Shown in pieces: positions 7,890 through 15,323 of a DNA stretch of 52,101 nucleotides; the first letter of the stretch is position 1; each line of letters starts with the position of its first letter. The notes under the pieces were generated by a model. It made no database searches, had not been told where the DNA came from, and saw nothing but the letters and a program-made list of their open reading frames with translations. The DNA lies in IMG/VR virus record IMGVR_UViG_3300014933_000056, positions 1 through 52,101 of that record. One strand, given 5' to 3'. Position numbers and translations under genes: made by a program. The DNA is from a virus (lineage: Duplodnaviria > Caudoviricetes).

Positions 7890-8007
7890 TTTTGTTCCCT
7901 TCATTCGTCAGCACGTAAATTATTAAAAATATTAATGTTGCTACCCACATCATTCCCCCAGTAACTATCAGGAAGAAACTCAATGCACTGATAATCGCGT
8001 CAATCAT
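7882..8007 (-). CDS. small membrane protein (41 aa)
   Basis: Hand-translated MIDAIISALSFFLIVTGGMMWVATLIFLIIYVLTNEGNKND; fills the operon gap. Confidence 0.55.
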   Translation of the reverse strand: MIDAIISALSFFLIVTGGMMWVATLIFLIIYVLTNEGNKND

Positions 8008-8683
8008 TTTGATGTCCTCTTTTCTTTATTCTATTTTGTGCTGCTTTTTTTAAATTGGCTTTGTGCTCTTCAGTAAATTTCATTCCTAACCGTGCTTTAC
8101 TAATAGACAAACCATGCGTCCTTGAATAAGGCTTTCGTTTAATGCCAATTTGAATTTCACTTAAATGTTTTTTTGCAGATTCTGACATTGGTTTTCGAGG
8201 TTTTTTTCTATCAATTTTTTTTCTATTTTCTTCCAAAGCGTTTAATTGTTTTTCTGTTTGACCTTTTAATTTTTTTGTCTCACTAATTTTTTTTGCAATT
8301 TGAGGATCACGTTTAATTCCTTTAAATAAAGATGGTTTACCTTTGTTATGAGCAATACGCTTTTTATTTTTATCCCAAGGTTTGTCACCTTGATCATCAT
8401 AAGAAGCTTTAACATGATGGTTAAATAACAAACCGCTGTCTTTATATTTATCAAGCCAAACTTGCTCAAGATGAATACGTTTTTGTTTATCGTTCTCTTC
8501 TTGTTCTTCAATAAATTTAATGCATCCATATTTGTTAAAATAATTTTGCAAATATTTGCAATGATGTTTGTTTTTTCGCAAAAGCCATAAATGATGTGCT
8601 TTTCGCGTCGTAAATTTCTTGGTTCTACCAATATAAAACTTATCCGAATCTTCAACGCGAATGGTGTAAATTCCGCCCGTCAT
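8000..8683 (-). CDS. GIY-YIG homing endonuclease with NUMOD3-like repeats
   Basis: GIYTI...FYIG.T...R...H, EQ.W, N; MSESAKKHLS and FTEEHKANL repeats; AT-rich; GGAGG RBS. Confidence 0.9.
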   Translation of the reverse strand: MTGGIYTIRVEDSDKFYIGRTKKFTTRKAHHLWLLRKNKHHCKYLQNYFNKYGCIKFIEEQEENDKQKRIHLEQVWLDKYKDSGLLFNHHVKASYDDQGDKPWDKNKKRIAHNKGKPSLFKGIKRDPQIAKKISETKKLKGQTEKQLNALEENRKKIDRKKPRKPMSESAKKHLSEIQIGIKRKPYSRTHGLSISKARLGMKFTEEHKANLKKAAQNRIKKRGHQND

Positions 8684-8704
8684 AATTAATACCTCCTGAC
8701 AATA

Positions 8705-11056
8705 TTATATCTTTTTTCTCTTCTGCCATGAAATATTCATCTGCCGAATCTTATTGACCACGTTAGTCGTGATCTCTACGTTCGGTGCCTTGCTAAACGC
8801 CCACTTCGTGTCCTGCCCTGTCATCTGTTTAAACAGGTGCCACGCCCTACCTGACTGCGACTCCGGCTTGCTGTGATACCTCGCATAGGTACAGATCTGA
8901 TTCCATAAGTGCTCAGCGTTATCTGCAAGCTTTCTTTTGCTGACACCCTCGCCAATAAAGATCTCTTTCATATGACCCGGCAAAGCCTCGCTGACCTGCT
9001 TACTTACCCGCTCAAACCCGCAGGCCATGCACCGCTTATGAAACGGCAGGTAGCCGCAACGTGGGCATCCCTTGGCGTCGAACTCTTCCTTGGTGCGGAT
9101 CTTCTTATCCAGCTTGTCACCGGCGTCCAGCTCAGCCAATCCGTTGAAAAATATCTCGTTGAAGTCCTCAAAAAACCGAATGATGTTTCCCGAGAAATCC
9201 AACAAGTGGCAGTCCTTCTTGCCTGTCTCAGGTGATACACGCAGGCCACGCCCCCACATCTGGATAGCCGTGCTCAGTGACTTACGAAGTGGCCTTGCAT
9301 CGCAGATACAACCAACGTCAGGTACGTCAAAGCCCTTCGCTAAGGCCTCTACGGAGATCAAGACCTTCAGGTAGCTATCAGGCTTGCGGTACTCGTCCAA
9401 AAGCATCTCGCGCTCTTTAGCGGTGGTCTCTGAGGTAAAGACTGCAGCCATCACACCGGCGGCAATAAACTGACGAGCCAGCTCTTCGCAGTGCTTAATC
9501 GTTGCGCCAAAGATGATGGTCTTGCGGTTGTCGCCAAACTTCTGCCAATCGTTCACCACGTCCCCAACGATCTTCAGCTCACGCTCTTCGGCTGCTTTTT
9601 CTGTCCACTCGCCGCCCTTGGTCTCTGCGCCTGTCATATCGGGCTTAGCGCACGAAAATATGCGCATGGGTACCAACACCCCCGACTGAGTCAGATCGTG
9701 CATCGTGGTGGCGTTTACGATGTTTGTGAATACCTTCCCAAGGCCTGCAGTAAACGGGGTAGCCGACAAACCAATTACCGTAGCGTTCGTCTCTTTGGCA
9801 AACTCAGTCCATGCCTTGTAGGTCGTATGGCAGTTGTGAACTAAGATGCCCTCTGCAAAATATGATGGATGGCCTGAGACCCGTAGGTTGTAAACAAGTT
9901 CATCGCTTCCTCGTTCTTCAACCTCAACACTTTCCACCCAAGGTTGCGAAGCAAAGCATCCTTTTTCTGATCCTGCATTTGACGCTTCGACGCCCCATGG
10001 CTCGGGCCATCCAGTTCGATTGCAATCATCAGTTCCTTGTTCGCCACATCCACCTTGTAGTGATGCGGATAGCCCTGCTTCGAGGACTTCAATGTGCAAA
10101 TAACGACCTCTGTTAGCCATGGGAAGCCTAACGCTTGTGCCGCCATGGCTTGTGGTTTTGTTAGACCAGTACCATTGCCTCCACGTACCTTCGGCCCATG
10201 ACCGATTGCCTTCAATGTTTTCTGCATTTTCAGGCGCGATTCTTCGGAGTGCATCGGGTTCTTCAGCCTCTTCGCACAAGACTGCCCACAGCATTGTTGC
10301 TGTTTGAAGTTCGACTCCAGTTGAGGCATCGGCTTCCCGTTGTAGCCTTTCACCATTTTTGGCATGAAGGGTTTTGTACAAACCACACACATCTTGAAAG
10401 CGAAATAACCGCGAACCGATTTCCAAGGAGCCAGCGGGTCGCCATCCCAAGTTGGTAAATATTGGATGGTCTGGGGTGCATTCAAATTTTGTTCCATCGG
10501 ACAACCTCACTTTGCAAATTGATGATGCTGGCTTTGAAAAGACAGAGTCAATTCGACCAACGCCCATTGCATTGTATATGAGTTCGCCACTATGCAGTGT
10601 GCGTATCTCACGATATCCATGAGGAGTGGCTATCAATGTGTCGCCGGGGAAGCACTCATCAACCACCAGAACGTCCATCTGAGGCCAGAACTCGCGCTTG
10701 GCGATAGTCTGCACACTAGCGATTTGGAATAGCTCATCAGGACGCCTGCGCCAGTGCTTGGCTTGGATTACGCCGTGGGCATGCATACCGTAGCGATCAG
10801 CGACCGCAGAAGTTTGGTTGATTAGGGTTGTGCGATCACACAGGAAGACAGCACGTTTACCCTTCTGAACGGCCTCGTTGCAGATACGCAGGCCTAGGTA
10901 AGTCTTCCCAGCACCCGTAGGCGCCATGATCAATTGATTCTTATGTCCTTCCCTGAAACCCTTCCGTAAGGCTTCATGAGCCTGTAATTGGAAGGGTCTT
11001 GCTTCAGGGAATTTGGTTCCATCATCACGCTCACTTGGCGCTAGGGTAGAAGTCAT
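8705..11056 (-). CDS. SF2 (DEAD/DEAH-box) DNA helicase, intein-containing
   Basis: APTGAGKT; DE|CH split by the intein; GLSATP; KGFDVP; QMWGRGLR; C-terminal CPRC..C..C. Confidence 0.92.
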   Translation of the reverse strand: MTSTLAPSERDDGTKFPEARPFQLQAHEALRKGFREGHKNQLIMAPTGAGKTYLGLRICNEAVQKGKRAVFLCDRTTLINQTSAVADRYGMHAHGVIQAKHWRRRPDELFQIASVQTIAKREFWPQMDVLVVDECFPGDTLIATPHGYREIRTLHSGELIYNAMGVGRIDSVFSKPASSICKVRLSDGTKFECTPDHPIFTNLGWRPAGSLEIGSRLFRFQDVCGLYKTLHAKNGERLQREADASTGVELQTATMLWAVLCEEAEEPDALRRIAPENAENIEGNRSWAEGTWRQWYWSNKTTSHGGTSVRLPMANRGRYLHIEVLEAGLSASLQGGCGEQGTDDCNRTGWPEPWGVEASNAGSEKGCFASQPWVESVEVEERGSDELVYNLRVSGHPSYFAEGILVHNCHTTYKAWTEFAKETNATVIGLSATPFTAGLGKVFTNIVNATTMHDLTQSGVLVPMRIFSCAKPDMTGAETKGGEWTEKAAEERELKIVGDVVNDWQKFGDNRKTIIFGATIKHCEELARQFIAAGVMAAVFTSETTAKEREMLLDEYRKPDSYLKVLISVEALAKGFDVPDVGCICDARPLRKSLSTAIQMWGRGLRVSPETGKKDCHLLDFSGNIIRFFEDFNEIFFNGLAELDAGDKLDKKIRTKEEFDAKGCPRCGYLPFHKRCMACGFERVSKQVSEALPGHMKEIFIGEGVSKRKLADNAEHLWNQICTYARYHSKPESQSGRAWHLFKQMTGQDTKWAFSKAPNVEITTNVVNKIRQMNISWQKRKKI
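9833..10654 (-). mobile_element. intein (274 aa) in helicase motif II
   Basis: CFPGDTLI block A; ECTPDHPIF block B; VYNLRV...YFAEGILVHN blocks F/G followed by Cys+1; removal restores VVDECH. Confidence 0.93.
9841..10497 (-). CDS. Vsr/DUF559-like endonuclease overprinted on the intein (+1 frame)
   Basis: CVVC...CCGQSC Zn motif; NPMHSEESRLKM; YKVDVA...IAIELDGPSH...D..KD..L...GWKVLR; TGAGGT 6 nt before the ATG. Confidence 0.85.
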   Translation of the reverse strand: MEQNLNAPQTIQYLPTWDGDPLAPWKSVRGYFAFKMCVVCTKPFMPKMVKGYNGKPMPQLESNFKQQQCCGQSCAKRLKNPMHSEESRLKMQKTLKAIGHGPKVRGGNGTGLTKPQAMAAQALGFPWLTEVVICTLKSSKQGYPHHYKVDVANKELMIAIELDGPSHGASKRQMQDQKKDALLRNLGWKVLRLKNEEAMNLFTTYGSQAIHHILQRAS

Positions 11057-11850
11057 TATTTAGCTCTCAATTTGTCCAATTGTTTTTGAAGGTCTTTCAC
11101 CATCTTTACTGCCTCATTCTTCTCATTCATCAACCCATGTAGTCGGGTTTCTAGCTGAGCATTACGCAGGTTCAATCGCTTAATTTCTTCATGAGCCGTA
11201 GCCAGTGCATCGTCCGACTCCAAAAGCTTGTACATCGCCTCTTGGTCAGCCTGTATGGCTAATTCTGTGGCTTTCATCTCTTCTTCATCGGGTGCCACAC
11301 CGTCGTTAGAAGATGCCACTTTATCAACTGGAGTAATTAAATTACTCGATGTTTCCTTTTTGTTAGCCTTTTCAGAGAAATGCTTTTCGACGTTTTGCTT
11401 TTGCTTTTCTTTAGCTTCAGGCCTACGAATGGCAGCTACAAAAGGTTTAGACACATCGCAATACCTAGCAATCTCGGCATCCGTCAGCTTGTCAAAGCCC
11501 TCAATCTCAAGAGCCATCTTTACCTTGTTGCGCTTATCCTCATTGGTTAGTGGCTTACCGTGCTTACCATTGGCCTTCAGAGCTGCAATCTGTGCATCAC
11601 GCAAAGTACCGGCTACGTAATTTATTTCAATCTCTTTTATGCCCAGTAATTTGTAAGCGTGATACCGGTGAAAGCCATCTGTCAGCCAATACGTAACGCC
11701 ATCAAATACTGTATCCATCTGAGGAAATTCAGCACCTTCCTTCATTGCTTCAAGGTAGGTATAAACCGTAGGCTGGTCTATAACTACTCGGCATTGAGTC
11801 CCGCCATCAATGCGAATCGAATTTATATCTATCATTTGTTCCCTCATCAA
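11056..11850 (-). CDS. ParB/Srx N-terminal domain protein with coiled coil
   Basis: IRIDGGTQ.R, YWLTDGFHRY.A, N..HG.PLT..D; HTH-like TDAEIARYCDVS. Confidence 0.75.
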   Translation of the reverse strand: MMREQMIDINSIRIDGGTQCRVVIDQPTVYTYLEAMKEGAEFPQMDTVFDGVTYWLTDGFHRYHAYKLLGIKEIEINYVAGTLRDAQIAALKANGKHGKPLTNEDKRNKVKMALEIEGFDKLTDAEIARYCDVSKPFVAAIRRPEAKEKQKQNVEKHFSEKANKKETSSNLITPVDKVASSNDGVAPDEEEMKATELAIQADQEAMYKLLESDDALATAHEEIKRLNLRNAQLETRLHGLMNEKNEAVKMVKDLQKQLDKLRAK

Positions 11851-12047
11851 TCAAAAATATCAGGTCGCAGCTCTTTTGCAGACACTAGGCCTTGGGTTGC
11901 TTTTTCAATCTTCTTTGCTAACTCAGGCGATGGTTGGCGAGACTTCTTGATCAGTAAACCCAACCAAGTCTGAGTAATGCCTAGGTACTCAGCCATCTCC
12001 TTCTTTGAGCCATAAGGCTCGTCTTTAAAGTACTGTTTAAGATTCAT
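11847..12047 (-). CDS. Cro-like HTH regulator
   Basis: EMAEYLGIT...PSPELAKKIEKAT.G.VS..ELRPD; first gene of the divergent operon; strong RBS. Confidence 0.85.
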   Translation of the reverse strand: MNLKQYFKDEPYGSKKEMAEYLGITQTWLGLLIKKSRQPSPELAKKIEKATQGLVSAKELRPDIFD

Positions 12048-12064
12048 AGTGCTCCTTTCTAGGG

Positions 12065-12140
12065 TGGGGTACTCGCTGCGTCTGGTGTTGCTTACTTCGT
12101 GCTAGCAGCGATGCTTCACGCCAGCATCCGCTTTCCCCCA
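12065..12140 (-). ncRNA. structured leader RNA upstream of cro
   Basis: TGGGG/CCCCA closing stem, GAAA/GAGTA internal loop, CTGG/CCAG stem; lies between promoter and RBS. Confidence 0.5.
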
Positions 12141-12148
12141 TGTAGAAA

Positions 12149-12180
12149 AGTCTAACACACAATTAGATTCGTGTTAAAAT
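12149..12180. promoter_or_regulatory. back-to-back extended -10 promoters with operator-like inverted repeats
   Basis: Minus TGTTAGACT and plus TGTTAAAAT; TCTAA-N7-TTAGA at 12151-12167; TAACAC/GTGTTA at 12153-12176. Confidence 0.6.
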
Positions 12181-12237
12181 CTTTTCACGGTTATGTAACC
12201 GGACATGGTCGAATCTGACCGTTCATAGGAGATACAA

Positions 12238-12885
12238 ATGAGCTTTATCGTCGAAGACACAGGCGGGAATTTTGAGCGTTGCCCTGCGGGTATGCACCTC
12301 GGGCGCTGCTATCGAATCGTAGACCTTGGCACCCAAAAGTCAGAGTACATGGGTCAAGTGAAATATCTGCACAAGATCATGGTGGGCTGGGAAATCCACG
12401 GCTCGGATGACGCCGGTAAGCCTATCAAAATGAAGGACGGACGTCCCTTCGCAATCTTTAAGAACTACACCCTGAGCTGGTCTGAGAAGGCTAATTTGCG
12501 CTTAGATCTTCAGTCATGGCGTGGTAAGGCATTTACGCAGGAAGAAATGCGTAAGTTCGACCTAAAGAACGTCCTAGGCGCGTGGTGCATGTTAAACATC
12601 ATTGAAAGAGCCGGTCAGAACGGCAAGACCTACTCCAATGTAGACAGCGTTGCACCGGTTCCTGCAATGATTAAGCAGAACGGCTTGCCAGCGGCGGTTA
12701 ATCCAAATGAGATCTTTAACCTGCAAGAGCCTGACATGGCAATCTTTGCCAACTTCAGCGACCACTTGAAGGCCAAGATCCAATCGTCACCTGAGTGGGA
12801 ACGTCTGACAGATCTTTCACCAGCATTGGCTCAATCAGCAAAGTCAGTAGCCCATGATGATTCAGATTCCGATATTCCTTTTTGA
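12238..12885 (+). CDS. putative ssDNA-binding / replication-recombination protein
   Basis: Acidic SSB-type tail DDSDSDIPF; PAG.H..RCY.IVDLGTQ N-terminus; next to a nuclease gene. Confidence 0.65.
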   Translation: MSFIVEDTGGNFERCPAGMHLGRCYRIVDLGTQKSEYMGQVKYLHKIMVGWEIHGSDDAGKPIKMKDGRPFAIFKNYTLSWSEKANLRLDLQSWRGKAFTQEEMRKFDLKNVLGAWCMLNIIERAGQNGKTYSNVDSVAPVPAMIKQNGLPAAVNPNEIFNLQEPDMAIFANFSDHLKAKIQSSPEWERLTDLSPALAQSAKSVAHDDSDSDIPF

Positions 12886-12893
12886 GGTGAGCC

Positions 12894-13163
12894 ATGAAAA
12901 TCTTACTTTTGATACCAGTATTATTGGCGGGGTGCGCTACTAAAGATTATTCATACGGTGGCGACCACATACCTCCAGTGCAGCTTGTCCTTGATTCCAA
13001 AGTTCAACAGATGAGCCGACAAGAGGTGATCAACGCCACGCATAGCTGTGAATTTGCAGGCCTTCGGGCTGCGCCAATTATGTCTAAGCGTTTGGTCAGC
13101 GGAATGATGTCGGACATCATCATCGACATTCAGTGCATGCCCAAGATGCGTTTAGCTTACTAA
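12894..13163 (+). CDS. putative lipoprotein
   Basis: MKILLLIPVLLAGC lipobox. Confidence 0.75.
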   Translation: MKILLLIPVLLAGCATKDYSYGGDHIPPVQLVLDSKVQQMSRQEVINATHSCEFAGLRAAPIMSKRLVSGMMSDIIIDIQCMPKMRLAY

Positions 13164-13171
13164 GGAAAGAG

Positions 13172-13987
13172 ATGACGACAATAATAGCGAGAGCCGCAGA
13201 GAGCGTTCATTGGTACCGCCTAGAGGATGGTGGCCCACAGTACACCGTCAAAGCAAAAGACGGGTCTGACCGGCCTACCACCCTATCCGATGCACGCAAG
13301 ATGAACCTAGTCCCCAGCGTGACCACAATCTTAAAAATGTGGCCTCGTCCGGGTCTTGAGGTGTGGAAGAACGAGCAGTTGCTCTTAGCCGCCTTAACCC
13401 TCCCAAAGCGTCCAGACGAGTCTGAGAAGGATTACATCACTCGGATAGTCTACGACTCCAAAGAGACTGCAAAGACGGCTGCAGAGCGCGGTACGCACAT
13501 CCATGAGTCAATTGAGAAGTGGTATCGGGGTGAGCTTAAAGTAGACCACCAAGAAATTGCTATGGCTTTTGATGAAGCTGTTCTTACATATTTTGGATGC
13601 GACCCTCATGAACCTTGGGAAACCGAACGATCATTCGCCAATTCATTTTTTGGCGGCAAGGTGGATTTGTGCTGCAGTGCTAGTCATTCAGCTCCGAATG
13701 GAATTGTCCTTGATTCAAAGACTAAGGAATTTGATGAGGACGATAAGGTCGTAGGATACGACGAGAACTGTATGCAGCTTGCAGCCTACCGTAATGGCCT
13801 TGGTTTACCCAATGCACGGTGCGCGAACGTCTTTGTGTCGCGTACTAAGCCGGGTTTAATAAGAGTCGTTGAATGGTCACCAGAAGAGCTAGAGAAGGGT
13901 TGGAAGATGTTTTCCTTGCTAGTCCAACTGTGGCGCATTAAAAATAATTTTGGAGAAGAGAATGCTAAACCGACAGGAAATAAATAA
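13172..13987 (+). CDS. PD-(D/E)XK exonuclease
   Basis: PSVTTIL, RGT.IH, E, GG.VD, LDSKT and QLAAY motifs; start MTTII after AAGGA. Confidence 0.85.
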   Translation: MTTIIARAAESVHWYRLEDGGPQYTVKAKDGSDRPTTLSDARKMNLVPSVTTILKMWPRPGLEVWKNEQLLLAALTLPKRPDESEKDYITRIVYDSKETAKTAAERGTHIHESIEKWYRGELKVDHQEIAMAFDEAVLTYFGCDPHEPWETERSFANSFFGGKVDLCCSASHSAPNGIVLDSKTKEFDEDDKVVGYDENCMQLAAYRNGLGLPNARCANVFVSRTKPGLIRVVEWSPEELEKGWKMFSLLVQLWRIKNNFGEENAKPTGNK

Positions 13988-14168
13988 AATATTCCACGAG
14001 ATGCAGCTCGAGGATAATTACAACTTTTTGGAGGATGACTTGTATAAATTAGCGATGGCCTACATCAAAGCAGGCGCCGATAAAGAACGAGAAATTATTA
14101 CCACCATTGCCAAGGCCTACAACAGTATCGTAGCTCAGAAAATTATTGAGGTGCGGGGCAAAGAATGA
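13962..14168 (+). CDS. hypothetical protein
   Basis: Start MLNRQE after GGAG. Confidence 0.7.
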   Translation: MLNRQEINKIFHEMQLEDNYNFLEDDLYKLAMAYIKAGADKEREIITTIAKAYNSIVAQKIIEVRGKE

Positions 14169-14224
14169 ACGAAGCCATCATAGTAATTATTTGGATCTCT
14201 TTGATTTTAGTAATGACATTCTAA
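14165..14224 (+). CDS. possible 19-aa hydrophobic peptide
   Basis: MNEAIIVIIWISLILVMTF*, ATGA-coupled. Confidence 0.35.
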   Translation: MNEAIIVIIWISLILVMTF

Positions 14225-14260
14225 AAAAAACCCCTATCCGCTGAAGGTGACGGATAGGGG
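14223..14260 (-). terminator. intrinsic terminator at the convergence of the two transcription directions
   Basis: Minus strand CCCCTATCCG...CGGATAGGGG followed by T8. Confidence 0.85.
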
Positions 14261-14292
14261 ACTAAAGACCCCACGGAGGGTCGTGCGAGAAA

Positions 14293-15318
14293 CTACTTAA
14301 ATCTTCTTTGTGGCGCCAAACGATTAAGGACTCCCATTAATTCATCTTGGTGACCCTTACCAATTAATGCACCACCTAAAACTTGAGTTGGAACTGTAGG
14401 GATCATCATAGATAGACCGCCTGCAGTGTTTAACAACTTGTTTTTTTCTTCCGGCGTGTATTGGTCGGCGTGGAAACCTTTCTTCCATACAGTAGGCGCA
14501 ATATCCACAATATCTTTACCGGCAAAATAACCGCCAAGCGCACCAGCGCCTACCTTTGCGGCGCCCTTAGCAAGATTGACTCCCTTGCCAACCATTTCAG
14601 CTCTACGTGCTGCAGCAGCTTGAGCATCGGCTGCATTTTGTGCGGCACGCTCTGCTCTTAGGCTTGCATCTCTAGCTGCTTGTGCATCAAGCGCTTGACG
14701 CTCAGCATGCGCTCTACGGGCTTCTTCTTCCATCTGAGTACCTACGTGCTCAGGAATAATTATTCCGCTTTCACGAGGATACTCAGGGCCAAAATTAATA
14801 ATCGCGGTTTTTGCAGAAGGCTGTTGTTTAAGCTTTTGCTCTAACTCCCATTTCTCTCTTTGGGCAGTCATGTTATGACCCTGCCGTTTTTGCCTTCCGG
14901 TAGGCTCACCATCACCACGAGCACTAGTCATTACTTCATTAACTGTAGAAGGATGTGTACCAGCTACATCATGAGGTATTAATGGCTCCCCTACAGTAGG
15001 CTCAACGCGCATGCGTGTAGCATTACCTGTAGCTGCAGGAGTAGTGCCACCATAAACTTCAGGCGATCCAGATAACGCCTTTTTGAAAGCACGAGGAATA
15101 AGATTTTTATGCGCCGCATAGCCACCAACTAAAGCGCCAACTTTACCCCTGCCCTCTGCTTCAGATTCTTGCTTTTGTTTAACTTCTTGTTGAGCTTCAG
15201 CATCAGCTTTTTTTATAGTTTCTAAATCAGCAGCAGTTGGGTTTGACCAACTAGATATCGTCTCTGGATGATGATATTTCTTGAGATAGTCTTCAGCACT
15301 TTCAACTTTATCGTCCAT
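14293..15318 (-). CDS. putative ejection/internal virion protein
   Basis: Ala/Gly-rich helical sequence with hydrophobic patches; last gene of the late operon. Confidence 0.55.
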   Translation of the reverse strand: MDDKVESAEDYLKKYHHPETISSWSNPTAADLETIKKADAEAQQEVKQKQESEAEGRGKVGALVGGYAAHKNLIPRAFKKALSGSPEVYGGTTPAATGNATRMRVEPTVGEPLIPHDVAGTHPSTVNEVMTSARGDGEPTGRQKRQGHNMTAQREKWELEQKLKQQPSAKTAIINFGPEYPRESGIIIPEHVGTQMEEEARRAHAERQALDAQAARDASLRAERAAQNAADAQAAAARRAEMVGKGVNLAKGAAKVGAGALGGYFAGKDIVDIAPTVWKKGFHADQYTPEEKNKLLNTAGGLSMMIPTVPTQVLGGALIGKGHQDELMGVLNRLAPQRRFK

Positions 15319-15323
15319 GATTT

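Noticed and set aside
8684-8760. Recoded helicase 3' end supplied by the GIY-YIG element
   Set aside because: The last codons look AT-rich, but no duplicated relic was found, so there is no direct support
9833-10654. Explaining the intein/nuclease overlap as two sequencing frameshifts
   Set aside because: Both frames are stop-free over 657 nt, conserved motifs of the two proteins overlap on the same bases, and the +1 ORF has its own RBS and stop. A read check is still advisable
13172-13987. Cas4 call for the nuclease
   Set aside because: No four-Cys Fe-S pattern and no CRISPR context; ordinary phage PD-(D/E)XK exonuclease
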